In this document: piece by piece, positions 11,624 through 24,576 of the stretch
Layout: each line of letters starts with the position of its first letter
Position numbering within the stretch: the stretch's first letter is position 1
Origin: Flectonema sp. DT1601
Taxonomy: Eukaryota
DNA: 64,000 nucleotides
Direction of reading: 5' to 3'
Assembly: GCA_964019425.1 (NCBI GenBank)
Contig: OZ025782.1
Location: 992,001 to 1,056,000 of the forward strand
Notes under the pieces: generated by a model
Seen by the model: only the letters and a program-made list of their open reading frames with translations
Databases searched by the model: none
Told to the model about the DNA's origin: nothing
Made by a program: the position numbers and the translations under genes

Positions 11624-13171
11624 CTACATGAGATTTTCTAGTAGATTGTCGAGTTCGTCTTCGAGGACTTGCTCAAGTGCTGCATCTTTCTCTTCTTTAA
11701 GTCTTTTTATTAACTCATCTGAGGCTTCACGTTTTGGTCGTTTCTTCCCATCGTCAATATGCTCCTTCTTCACTATCATATTATTACTTTCATCATCAGA
11801 GTTTTCTTTCTTAAGCGAGTCAACATCTTTAGTTGGGTAGCTACCAATGTAGCTGTCTAAGAAATCATCTTCCTTTTCTTTCTTGTTTTTATTGGAACTA
11901 GAGTTCGGATCAAGTGAGCAGATGTAGCTGTTTAGGATATCATCATCGCTGTCTTCAGTCTTCGTTGTCGCAATCCAATTATTCAAAACATCATCAGAGT
12001 CTGATTCTGATTCATTCTTTGGTTTAATTGCCGTCCTCTTTTTGCTTGCCTTTTTTACTGCGGGTTTTTTTGCCGATTTTCTTGTCCTTTTTGTCTTTTG
12101 TTTGTTGTCGATGAAAGCCTGTCTGCCAGCCATGTATTGAGTAAGTGCGTTAGTTGCGTCGTCATCACTAAATTCAGTTTTTACTTTAACATCATCTGGA
12201 TCGGATTTAACGGAGTTCCCAAGTAAAAGTGACATCGAAACTTCGGATTCCTCAATTCCACGAACTCCGGCAATGAAAGAGCGAACGGTATCCGATAAAG
12301 TAACCTTTGGCTTTACGACCTTTACATCTCCTGTACACACCACATGCTTGTGAGGATTATCACTATACTTACACCCATCACACATTACAGATATGTGTGT
12401 TTCACTAAATCCAACGGATCTAAGTTTACGAGGTCTCCCTTTTGTAGGACCAGTTATTTCGGTACCACCGAAGGTGCTAACAGTGAGCAACTTGTCTTCG
12501 ATGCGAAAACTTTTTTTATCATTTGGTCCTTTGTCAACTAAGAGAGGAAGAGGATATATTCCTCTTAATCTTTTGTTTTCTAAAACACACTCATATAATG
12601 TGGTTGTAGTCGTTATTTTAATTGTGTTGGTTTCTTCTGCATAAGAGAAACTTGTTATGCAGGAACGTTCACTTTGTTTTACACGAAACGAGCCTGCGTT
12701 CCGAATGCGTTTTGTTGATGGCGTGAACTCAAAGAGATATGATCTGACGTGTTCCTCGCGACAACAAAATAAAGATCCTCCAAAAAAATAAATTTTTGTT
12801 CCTTTTCTGTTTACTGTTGCAAACACATTCCTTACAGGAATATCACCAAATTCTCCCAGCGGGAACAGCGCTCTAGAACTCGCTGCGTTATTATTGTTTC
12901 CGATGGTTATCTCTGAAATAAAGGAACCCTCAACCTTGTCTCTACCAATCCCATATATCTTCCCTGCAGCTCCCTGGTATGTAACAAAAGGTGGTACCCA
13001 GATACCAGTCTTCTTTAAAACCGTTCCACTCAAGTATCGAAGTCGTGATGCCTGTCCCACTTTTCTTTTCTCTGAAAATACATGCACCACTTCATTATTT
13101 ATTACTGTAAAAGTCTTCCAATCACAAGCGTTGGTTTTCGAGTCATCGAGTGGTATAACATCCCATTTCAT
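11624..13171 (-). CDS. Hypothetical protein (515 aa): Kelch/beta-propeller-like N-terminus, Lys/acidic low-complexity C-terminus
   Basis: Long ORF; KIYFFGGS...YLFEF is Kelch-like; ATTTCTCAG lies 11 nt upstream of the ATG. Confidence 0.78.
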   Translation of the reverse strand: MKWDVIPLDDSKTNACDWKTFTVINNEVVHVFSEKRKVGQASRLRYLSGTVLKKTGIWVPPFVTYQGAAGKIYGIGRDKVEGSFISEITIGNNNNAASSRALFPLGEFGDIPVRNVFATVNRKGTKIYFFGGSLFCCREEHVRSYLFEFTPSTKRIRNAGSFRVKQSERSCITSFSYAEETNTIKITTTTTLYECVLENKRLRGIYPLPLLVDKGPNDKKSFRIEDKLLTVSTFGGTEITGPTKGRPRKLRSVGFSETHISVMCDGCKYSDNPHKHVVCTGDVKVVKPKVTLSDTVRSFIAGVRGIEESEVSMSLLLGNSVKSDPDDVKVKTEFSDDDATNALTQYMAGRQAFIDNKQKTKRTRKSAKKPAVKKASKKRTAIKPKNESESDSDDVLNNWIATTKTEDSDDDILNSYICSLDPNSSSNKNKKEKEDDFLDSYIGSYPTKDVDSLKKENSDDESNNMIVKKEHIDDGKKRPKREASDELIKRLKEEKDAALEQVLEDELDNLLENLM

Positions 13172-14569
13172 ATTGTAGGAGACTGAGAAATGATTAATAC
13201 TCGCAGTAGATCAAACAAGAACAACTTTCAAAAGACATTTAATCGTAACCAACACATATGTTTAGAACTATTTAAAAGAAGTAAATCAATAAAATAGTAA
13301 CACAAACGCACTACTGAGTGAGCAATGGATGAAAATAAAAAAAATGGAGCCATCTAAGAGGACTTCTGATCCGTCTGTGAGAAATTTCATAGAGCATGTC
13401 ATCGTATTCAATTAATGTTCTCAAAGTCCAACTGGAGATGTTATTTTAGTTATTTACCTTTGCATGTATATTATTGATTCGTATTCTTTCTTTTTAAGTT
13501 TTGAGAATAGGAGAAAAGAGAACAAAAAAACAAAAAAAAAAAATCATTGGGAAAGGAACGAATGAGGAACTGATGTGAAGTACTTTTCCATCTCTACTTT
13601 GAGGTTAGTCGCTTACCGTAAACAGCTGCCAGTAACGGCATTTTAGTTACAGTTTTCTACGGGACACATCGAGTGCTGTGATACTGAAAACTCGTCACAA
13701 AGCACTCTGCATGCAAAGATATTACGTTGTTTGTTTGGTTATCTACTGTTCTCAATGGGGGAAAGTTTTTCCAACAACGGTCAACTACTTAAACACTTTC
13801 ATATATTATTTAGTCTCTACTAGGGAATCCTTTCAGAACAGAAAATCTTCCAAAAAAAAAAGATAGGAAAAAAAGGGGGAATAAAAAGCTCAGATTTAGT
13901 TGTCTTTGTCGAACGAAGGTTCAGCAGGTACTCACAACTAAAATCATTTGTGCAGGCGCAAGATTTCTTTTTTTTTTTTTTTTCATTTTTTTCTTTCAGT
14001 TCTACCTTTAACAAAAGTCTACGATACGTAAGACCTGAATAAACCACAAGGTCAGCACAACGTTAAGCAATTGAGGTGAAAAGGGAATGTAACAATCCCG
14101 ATACTTAATGAAGTGTCACGCTACGCAGAAAGACATTGTGTGCGACATGACCGAGACATTTCAATCAGGTTTTACTTTAATAAAGTTCTCCTAGAAAAAA
14201 GTTAGATAGATGCTCTGCTGTGTAGAAAGCAACAAGTTCTGAAAAAAATAAAATGAAAAAACGGAAACCAGATGAAGGGGAGAGCTAATTCCATCGAGTA
14301 AGAATGTATCAAACAAAAGTAAAATAAGTGAGTCCAGCTGTGATGGCTGCAAAAGGGAAAAAAGAAACATGAGAAATAAATAAGTAAAAAAAAAATAAAA
14401 TAAAAAAAAATACATAATTCGACAAGACAACGATGTCAAAACGAACTTAAAATAAAAATTTAATGAGAAAGTAAATAACATACGAAAATATGAGCTAGCT
14501 TAATCAAAGAGGAGCTTTCAGTATTCTAAAACGAAAGCTGGTTGGATCCAACACTGAGTGAGAAGACAA

Positions 14570-14734
14570 ACCATTCATCGATTGCAGTCCAATAAATTGG
14601 TCAATAAAGGTCTTGTCAGCTTCCTGTATGTTACAATCACTCAAATTAAGGATTTCAGCGTTTCAAAACGAATAATTGCTTCAACTTCTTTTACTCTAAA
14701 TATTGTACTTCCTTCTTTCGAGGAGTTGTTATAA
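14570..14734 (+). mobile_element. Decayed Penelope-like RT C-terminal/thumb fragment
   Basis: Open frame TIHRLQSNKLVNKGLVSFLYVTITQIKDFSVSKRI matches by eye the Penelope pattern IHPxIxFTxExExxGxLPFLDVxITRxxDG. Confidence 0.38.
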
Positions 14735-14968
14735 TTCAGTCTAATCACCGTCAGAAAAAGTATTATTTATTTTTTTTTTAAAGTCAAGGAGAATAAAACC
14801 ATATGTCTACTTTTTAGAAATTTTTTAAGAAATAATTACCAAAAGAGAACAGCGAGAGAGAGAGAGCAGACGATATAAAACAGAAAACATACACAACGAG
14901 AAATGATGAAGGCCAGCAGGCTGCTTTAGTCACCTGCGCCAAGCAATGACTTAATTTATAATTTAGTT

Positions 14969-15193
14969 TCGACTGAGTCTCATTGTCATTGACACTGATT
15001 ATCAGTTCAGACTAAGTGGGGGGTTGTATGTTCGATTTTGTAAAAATTACAACTGTGTTGTATCATAAAAACATAAAGATAATTTAACATTAGTTTTAAA
15101 TACAGTGACTAAAGGTGATGCGTAACTTAGCATATTAATCGACTGAGTCTCATTGTCATTGACTCTGATTATCAGTCCAGACTAAGTGGGGGG
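14969..15193. repeat. Two ~55-bp direct repeats (14969-15023, 15139-15193) with internal palindromes
   Basis: TCGACTGAGTCTCATTGTCATTGAC(A/T)CTGATTATCAGT(T/C)CAGACTAAGTGGGGGG; 2 mismatches; 170-bp period. Confidence 0.9.
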
Positions 15194-17262
15194 GGGGGGC
15201 GTAAACTGATACTTTTTTTTTTTGTATATTTCAATTAACGAATTAAAAAAAAAAAAAAAGTCGTAAACAGTGAGTGACGATGTTTTTGTATAAAATAATC
15301 AGAGAGCGTTTCGAAGGGTTTTTTTTTTTTTTTTTTTTTTTGAATTTGAAAATAAAAAAAATAAATCCTTCTCCAACAACAAACAACAACAAAACCATTC
15401 AGATTAACCTTATATTTCGTTGAACGCAGACAAAATCCTGTCGCACGGGGAAAATAAATCATGACCATAAGAAATAATCGGTTTTCAATCTGAATAGTTT
15501 CTTCTCCGACTACGTCGGTACAAAAAAGAAAAAATTACGACCCCGATAGTACTTATCTGTCTGAGGGAACTCCGATTACGGGATTCGCTCTCAACCTTCT
15601 TACGGGACAGTGAAAAGGATGAAAAATCTTATTTAATTTTATTAAAATATATATTATGTAGTAAAACAAATACCTCGAATTGTTGAATGAGGTATGCTGC
15701 TAGTAGAACAATACATCAGTCAGAGATGACATCTGATTCAGATTTTCGGGATCGAACTGGGATCGGGTGGGTTTGTTGTAAAAGAAAAAAGTCACTCACG
15801 CCCGAAAAAAGAAAAAAATAAGAAAACAGGACATGCTTCCGTGAATCCAATGACACATCAAGACGGGGAGCAGCTTTGCAACAAAAATGAGAAAAGGGGG
15901 GGGAAAAAAAAAAGAAAAAACAATCGAAAGAAAAGAAGATAAGTGAATTACGTACTTCACCGATGTAGAACCGGATTATGTACCGCCATTTCGTTGATAA
16001 ATTTTATTCTCCTTTTGGAACGACGAGATGGTAGGAGCTGGAATACACATCCTGTTCTCACCACAACAATAAACATCAAATTATATTCAAAGGGGAAGAT
16101 CGAGTCCCGAGAAAGGAAAAAAAAGAAATGTGAAATTTTAGTTGACAAAAAAAAATTCAGCGGAGGCAGGAGAAACATACTCTCCAAAAAAAAAAAATTG
16201 ACTTAAGAAAAAAAAAGAAAAAAAAAACGAAGTCCATTTCACGTGCCATTCTGTCAAGCAGAATAAATACTACAACGAACTGAGGTGATACGACGACAGT
16301 TTTAAAGAAGTAACTGCAGGTCTTTTCTCATCTACATCAACTCAACAAACTGCAGTAAATATCTGTCACGTTCTTGGCAACTAAAAACAACTTGGGGGGG
16401 GACAGCACTAAAGATTTGAAGAAGAAAAACAACAGCAAGATACGAGAAGATAGATAGATCAGGAGGAACAGCAAAAGAAGGAAAAGAAAATAATCGAACA
16501 CAAAAAATAAAAAGAAGAGACTCAACGAAAAATATCAGAAGACTAAATCTGTTCCTATTTTCTTTTTCAAAAAAGCCAACGTTGCTGTTTTTTATGAGTG
16601 CTAGGTAACCCACAGCAACAGATGATCAAATGGAAATTTTTTTTTTTTTCGTCTTCTGACAAAAGTCTCAATTCACTTTGTTGCTCTTAAGAAAAACAAA
16701 AAAAAAATCTTTTTTTATAACAATCAGGCGGGTAGGGGAAAATATTATTTCCCCCTTCCCTTTTTTTTTTTTTTTTTTCATTTTCCCTAGTTAATCTATT
16801 TGAACTTAATAATAAAAATACCTCAATACATAAAACGAGGAGGGGGGCTGAAAGAAAGAAAAAAAAAAAAAAAAATTAAATATGTTGAATAGGGAAAACA
16901 CTTTTGATGAAAACATTTAGTTTTTTTTAAATTGTTTTTTAAAAAAAAAAAATGATAACCAAGAAGACCATCTAACGAAGAACATCTTCTCAAGCAAGCA
17001 GATGGTCGTAATTTGTTGAGATGAACAAAAAAGAAAAAAGAAAAGAAATGTGTGATTTATTGTTTTATTTTATTTTATTTTCCGAATCTACAGACAGATG
17101 TCGCCCATAAAGTTTAAAAAATAAAACAATGAAAAGGTAAGAAACGCAAAAACTAAAGTAAAAGAATGTTATTCTTCGTTTTTTTTTTTTTTTAATTTAT
17201 TCTTTTTATTTACCATTGTTCTCAATCACTATTTCACAAAGGGAACTGAAAACACATGAAGG

Positions 17263-17388
17263 AATCCGCAGCAACACCTAAGTTTGGGGATAGTTCGGAG
17301 ACTGGCTATGCGAACTAAGGTGAGAGGAGGATACTCCAGAGTTCTTTCGTTCTTCATCAATCCCTTCTTAAGTTTAACACATTACTAA
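17263..17388 (+). mobile_element. Possible decayed Penelope-like RT-endonuclease linker fragment
   Basis: NPQQHLSLGIVRRLAMRTK resembles the Penelope HPxxHKxxVIxxLxxRA motif. Confidence 0.28.
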
Positions 17389-17701
17389 AATTTATTTGGC
17401 AGGAAAAGCAGAAATTCAACTAAGTACCTCCTCTCTAGTCCCGTTCGGTTCTGTTGTCATGAAGTGATTGCGTTAGATAATACTCCGTTTTGTGTTACAT
17501 TAAATTATTAACGATTGGAAGGGAAAAAAATATACAAAGTACGTACTTTTTTTTGCTACCAAATGCCTTCTTAAATGACAACAGTACAGTTCAGCATAGA
17601 AGACTCTCCTGAGATCACAACACGATTCTACGCTTTGATTGCGTAGAAAGGGAAAAGCTCATTCCAATAAAGTACTACTTTGTTCCCGAAGTTTGCAGGT
17701 T

Positions 17702-17746
17702 ACAGCATACACCAGGACAGCATACACCAGGACAGCATACACCAGG
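17702..17746. repeat. 15-bp tandem repeat x3 (ACAGCATACACCAGG)
   Basis: Directly visible perfect triplication. Confidence 0.92.
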
Positions 17747-20325
17747 TCTACACTAACCGAACAATACAAATAAAAATAATTAATGAGTGAAGGCTAGTGT
17801 GGGAGAAGCTCATTCCCAAAAGGAATCACTATAAGTACAACGGGGTAACATATCTGAAGATCAGTTCTGGAGATGTCCATTTCCCTTTTTAGTGTTTGAC
17901 GTTACAAACAAATCAAAAAAAATATCATTAAATTACTTTTTATCTGAGTCTTCCGATTTCTACTACAGCGAACGAAGCTCTAAAATCCGACACAATTTGT
18001 GTCTAACTGTATAGTCAGCCAAAAACTAACAGTAAAAATAAAAATATAATAAAACAGCTTAAGGTGAGATATAAACCAAGAGAGACTCACCCAACAAAGA
18101 AAAAAAGTTAAAAAAAATTAAAAGTAAAGATTAGGTTGGGAACAACACGAGAGGTGCGGTCGAATGTGTTCAAAAAAAAGACTAAAACGATTCACTGAGA
18201 GTTGTTTAAGAAAAAAAAAAAAAAAAAAAACACGTGACATTTTTTTTGTTTGATTTTATTATTTGACATAAAACAAAAAAAAACTTTCGCATCCATGTGC
18301 AGGATACCTGTAAGGGATAAGCAAAGTGGGGAACCCAATACACATATTGCGAAGTATTCCACAGTTATTCTACTTTTGCGGCAATAGATTTGCCAGTCGG
18401 AATACACTTTTTTTTTTAAAATAAAAAATAAAAAAAATTAAAAAAAGAGGGAACAAGGTCAACTTGCATTAAACAAGAATGGGTTCTCAGAGTACTGTGT
18501 AAGCCTCACTCTGACGAATATATTTCTTTAAGGCAAAATTATATTTATTTTTCTTTTTTTTGAGTGCAGAGTCCAATACGATCACATCTTTAGTAGCAGG
18601 ACTCCATAACCCGAACACTACGAGGTGCGTAAAAGTAACGCACGCGGAACTAACCAATAGAAGAAGGGCGAGAAATGCAGGGGGGGGGGAAATGCGTGAG
18701 GCTGCCGGACTATGGTGAGTGTAATCACAACATTAATAATTAAACACGACGCACAAACAAAACAAACGGGATCGAAACTACTAATACCAAACATGATGTA
18801 ACTGGCCAGTCATTACACAAAGAGCGACGGCTGGTAACAAGATGTCTTCTGATAGACTTATATAACTTACTCAGAGAGAACTGCTTCTCTCGCATTCAAA
18901 GTAATTAACATACACTTCGGAAATAATAATCAGAAAAGGAAAGAACCAATTTCACAAAAAGACTACTTCTCGTGACAGAAGATCAAGAATGTTTTTTTTT
19001 GTGGTCTTTTTTATACGTCGCGGAAGTCGAAATATTAGTACCACTCGTACACCATCACTTAACATCTGACATAATAATAAGGTTTGTTGGTTTGTTGATT
19101 TTTTTTTTTTTTTTTTGTATGTCAAAGTGTACATCTCAGAATGCACACCATGAGCCAAAGCCGACTACTCGCATTGTGTGCTAGGATGGTTTTTGTTGTG
19201 GGAGTGGAAAAACTCCATTATGTTCACTTTGTATATTTCATTTCTTCTTCTACATTTTTTAGCAGCAGATCGGAGATCAAGTCAATAGAATAGAATTCAA
19301 AAAAAAACAAAAACAAAAATCTCTCAAAAATCATAAGCCAGCCGCGCAAAGTGAGTAACTACCACGCACATTAAAATACTTTTTTTTCTGTTACCCGCGG
19401 CGCTGTTTGGGTGATTTTTCCGATTTTATTGGTTCCAACATGTTCGACTGACCCGCTGGGAAGGCCAGAATGAGAGACAACAAAAGTGACAAGGTAATGA
19501 TCAAACCTTCTCCCATTTATGTTCTGATTCTTGACCATCTAACCATCGAATTCGGTAGTTCAATTCAATTTGAAGTAACGCATTTCAACTTCGTAGTTTT
19601 TGCAAATTTGTAGCTTCAACACGTTTTTCTTTTCATTTCAGAAACCTGTGGCTTTGATCGGCTAATTTCTGGTACTTGGGGAGCGTAGTTCGCGGTACAA
19701 GAAAAAAAAAAAAAATGGAATTTTGTGTACCAACGCCTTCCAGCACAGAGAAATAGCTCGTAACCATGTGCTCGCGCGAATAGAACGACTCGAAAAACAG
19801 TTTTGACGAATGAATCGAGGAAGGGGAAGGAATACCTCTATCACGAAATTTCAAACTTATATTAATATCGTATTATGTGCGTCAGCATCAGAAGAAAGAA
19901 GCACCACTCAGGCAAATCGAATAAAGCAGCAGGTGTGAAGTCGCTGTGAAGCTCCCACACTCTGCCGGGTAACAAGAGACTGCGGAGTGGCCACACGCCA
20001 ACGCAATAAATAAGTCTATTAAGAGAAATAATAATAATTGGAGTTATAAAGTAGGTTTCTTTTTTAAAAAAATAAAGATTTTTTTTTTTTTTTTTTTTTT
20101 TGCTAAAACATTATTGAGACGGCCTTTACAACACATCAAAGAGCTAAGCGGTAACCCTCACGTCTTTGTAAAAATGTGTACCGCGTTGATATTGTTTGGC
20201 CTTCTTCAATACAAAGAATGCCAAAAAGTTGACGAGGGGGTTCGAGAAACAGGAAACCTCCACATTGTGGTACAATAAAATTCTTTGTTTTTCACTGATA
20301 TTGGGAGCAAAATGAGAGCAAAAGA

Positions 20326-21013
20326 GTTATAACACGTTCTGAGTTCAAACCGACTCACTCTTTGGATTGAAAAATCACTAGTCAAATAGTCGGTCTGAAC
20401 AATAACTCCATCAAAATGTTACATCTGCATAGCTCTCGCTGTGTTGAGAATTTTTCAGAACGCTCCTAACTGTGACTACACACAAAGATACCAACCAAAC
20501 AGGTCTCAGTAACGAGGATTCACCAAAAAAAAGAGGCTACCCTGGGGTTCTAAGAATTGCAAAAAGTTGGAAAATTTTCTTGACTCGGCTGTGTTGCTAT
20601 AAAAGATGGTAAGCACCACATCATACGACTATTCAGGCCGTCTTCCAATGACGGATCCCAGCAATTTGAACGACCAATCATGTCACCAAGTACAGTGAGA
20701 CAGTGGTAACCATCTCGAAGACCTTTTCTTCGCGAAAAATTAGTTCAAATAATGCAGAGGGAAGATGGGGTTTAAAGGCAGTAACCAATAATTGATCAAG
20801 GGGAGCAAATGAAGAAACTGAAAACTTTCTTCAGTGATACGAAAAATATTAAATTAACAATAAGTGACACTCAAAAGAGATAAACAAAAAGTTATCAATC
20901 TGTTGCTGGCAACCAATTCGTAAAAAATCACCTTAAAAAAGTTCTTAAAAATGGTATTTTTGTAACCTTCACACCCCTACCACCAAATACATAACTTAAC
21001 CAAAATCTACTGA
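20326..21013 (+). mobile_element. Decayed Penelope-like retroelement, N-terminal ORF region up to RT start
   Basis: Colinear motifs across frameshifts: VITRS...EKSLVKxGLN.ITP (cf. VINLS...ExxLLxKGLNFxxTP); VQIMQREDG..KAV.IID..QMKKLKTFFSDTKNIKL (cf. IVIxxADKGxxVVILD..Y..KM..LLSDT..Y); PSHPYHQIHNLTKIY (cf. PxxPxLYGLPKIHK). Confidence 0.48.
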
Positions 21014-24000
21014 CTTGATCTTTACCTTCTTGTGACCAACAAAGCAGACGTACAAGAAAATTACTTGTGTGAAAAAACAAGTAATCTAAGAAAATAAAAA
21101 GAGAAAAAGACCAGACGAAATTAGTGAGAACAAAACCGATGGCATCATTTTGAACCAGAGAGAATAGTTAACGATTTCACAAACAGAAAAGAATACCGAC
21201 GCCGTAGACGTCGTAGAGGATAGGACGTAACGGGAGTTAGGGAACCCTTAGTGTTTATCTTTATGCATGTTGCTCGGAAACAGGGTTTACGGTAAAAGTA
21301 TACTTATAAAAAACGCGGGCCCAATACATTCTCAAGGGGAGATTTAATGGGAAGAAATGGGGGGCTCGATTGCAGGGAAGATTGATTAAACCTGCTTGCT
21401 GTCCTCCTGCTTTTTCTTATTATTTTCAATATTGAAAATAATAAAACAAAATCAAAAAAAAATAATACTTCCGCAACACATATCCTCAGCTAACAACAAC
21501 CAGCCTTGAGCAGCCAGGTTGGGTTCAAGTTGTGATGTTTCCTCTAAAGGAAAAATATATTTCTATTCTAAAGTTGTAATCCATCCCTTCATCTGTTGGT
21601 ATGTAGGGAACGAACTAATCAAACATTCTCGTTGCATAGTTGCAGTAGTCTAGAACAGCAATGCATTTAAATTAGAATCTCAGTAGCATTGAAAAAAATG
21701 AAGTAAATCAGAGAAACATTGCGTACCTCAACTTACTTAAATAGAATAGTGAAGTAAGATACGAGATGACGGGAGTCGAAAACTATTTATTCAAATCAAC
21801 AACGCAGAAGACTAATCCTGAGGAGCTGAGCTGGAGGCCTGTCCGGGGGGAAACTTACAAAGCAACAAATAATATTATAAAGTGATAACTACAAAACGGA
21901 ATAAGGTAGTCGGGATGACAGAAAAAATGAATTCCGCTACTCCGAAGAAGGTTCTCGAGACGGGAGGGACACACGACAGCGACATAACTTTGAATTTTCG
22001 CAACAACAAGAAAAAGTAACTTCATTGAGCTCGCGATAAACTCTCTCGCTAACTTAGTATCAGCGAGGTGTTAAAAAAAGAAAACAGAATATCATTACAC
22101 GAAAGACTCCGTGGGGGGAAACCCTTTCTGGTAACACATCTGATTGAGAAGTGCGCAAAGCTAAAGTGGATGCTTTCAAAGTAAGAAGGTCTTGGTGTCC
22201 CAACCTTAAAAACAAAAGAACAACTTAGTAAGTTAGTTTAGCAACATAACAGTTGCTCGAGTAAGGTAATTATTGTTTGAAGCAGATCAGATATCTATTG
22301 ATGCACGGCTGTTGAAAACTCAAACCCGATGAGGAGGGGCAGAGGATGGAAATAAGCGATGAGTTATGTTAATCATATTTAACCACTCACGTTATTAGCC
22401 CTGAGGTGGACAGTTTTGGGCTGATGAAGAGAAAAGAGGGGATCGACGGCCATTTCAATAGAGCAGCAAGATTCGAATGACACGTCGTCTACTAAAATAA
22501 ACTGATCAAAGAGACTCATGAAGTCCGACAGCAACCTTATTTAAAAATGCTGAACACAAAAAATGACGAAGGGACGAGAGGAAACTTGGAAAAACAGACA
22601 TTTCTCTGCAACTTCCTAACTAGTCTCTTTCATCAAAGAAAAAAATTATAGTTTTTTTCTTCTTGTTTAAATTAAAAAAAAAATGTAAAAAAAAAAAAAA
22701 AAAATGTCACGAAAATTATAAAAAGGGAAATGCTTTTCTAGGAAAGAGGGGAGGAAGAGACCAGTCTGTTAACTGAAGTCATAGAAGGTTACTCTGCAAG
22801 GGCAACCCAGTAAAGGCTGTACACTGAGCATCTGATACACAAGTGTTACAGAACGTTTCGCTAACATATTTTTTGACCCACCAAAATAGTACCGCTCATC
22901 ATTATTTTATTGATAGTTTCACTACAGGAAAAACACAAAGAGGGTACCGATATCACTCACGTGACTCTCATTGACAGGAAGAGATGGTAAACAAACCTAA
23001 AGCCACCAAGAGTGCTACACAAATCACTCAAACATCAATTTGTTAGTTTGTTTTATTAGGATCGACGTAGAGTCGTGTAACACTCATCGAAAGATAATCT
23101 TAACTTTAATAAACGATGATTGAAACATCAAAAGAAGTGAACCTGTATACACCACAGGGAGACTGTCACACGATATTGTTTTTTTTTTTGTTCATTAGCA
23201 GGACACGGAACAGTTGACGATAATATTACTGTCTCCTGTTCAAAACAGATTCTCAGCTGGTAATCAACCCAAACTGTGTTTTGGAGGAGGCATTTCGTTT
23301 ACTTGCTCAATCAAATTCAAAGCTAAGAATAATAATAATTCCAAGTAACGGGTACTTGAGTTAAATATCAATTAGAATACCAAAAGGGTATTTTAGGGTA
23401 TTTTATTTTTATTTTTAATTTTTTATAAAAACAATATCTAAAAAGTAACAATCACCTGAGGAAGAAATAAAGAAGAGCAGGAAAAGGATCGGGGCAGCTT
23501 CCTCCAGATATGTGGAGCAACTTAGATAAGCAACCCAATACGGTGGACGAGTCGCCCTTCGCGGTACCAAGCGAGTCATACGCACACTGTTCTATTTCGT
23601 TAGTCGAAGTTCAACATGTTTTTTAGTATTTTAATTGCATTATATGGAGAAGAGTGTTTACCAAGTAAACGCTCAACCGTTTATTTAATAAAACGTAACC
23701 ATTCAACTTCTAAGATACGGTTGTGCAATTTTAGGATTATAAAACACGTCATCCGAAGAATCCTTCATTTAAATAAAATCAATCACTTGAGAGGAGGAGA
23801 CATGTTTTTTGGGTTCCTTCAGTCAGCAGATTCTACTTTCGTTCTATTTTTTTTTTTTTGAAGACAAAAAAAGAGGAGGGGGGAAAAAAAAATGTGAAAA
23901 AAAAGACTTTCAGTTTTTCATATCTTTTTTTTTTTTATAACACAAATTGCAGTCTGGAACCGAACTCGCAGCAACTTCTCGTGTTGAGGAACGAAGGGGA

Positions 24001-24576
24001 TGATTGAAGTAACATTACCTTCATATCACCTATATCTTCAAAGAAATATAAATGTGCTCCGCTAGTTTTGCCGAACACGCCTCGTGTACAAGGAGAGGGA
24101 AATATATATATTGGGAAAGTAAAGGGAATTTGTTGTGTTTCCCGTTTTGAATTTGACTCACATCTACTTATTACCAACTTTTTGAATAATGAAAGGGTGA
24201 CTAAGAAAATGTGTGCATTCACTTAACGGAGGTACTGTTCTGAGAATCAAAAGGTAAATCTACTTATTTCTATTAATTTAATCCATAGCGATAGCCTATA
24301 AATCCAAAAAGACGAGGCTGACTAACTTATGGAACGTCACAATAACTGTTTTACAAGACGTGGGATGTTCGCCACATTTCGAGGACGATTCTTATTATTC
24401 CACGACAGCAAGTTACGGTTTTGTAATAAAAATATTTCCTTGCTTCCGAACACAAATACGAACTCAGGCAGCTAATTTGTTGTGAGAAGCAAATAAAGAG
24501 TTTTGACTTTAAAGAGAACAGTAATGAGATCACATGTGACGATGTGATCGCCGAAGACGAGCTATAGTGTTTCATC

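Noticed and set aside
14969..17746. Short direct repeats as a CRISPR array
   Set aside because: Only 2-3 units, no regular unique spacers, eukaryotic context, no cas genes.
20341..20352. GAGTTCAAACC B-box-like motif suggesting a tRNA or SINE
   Set aside because: No A-box or cloverleaf; it lies within the putative Penelope fossil.
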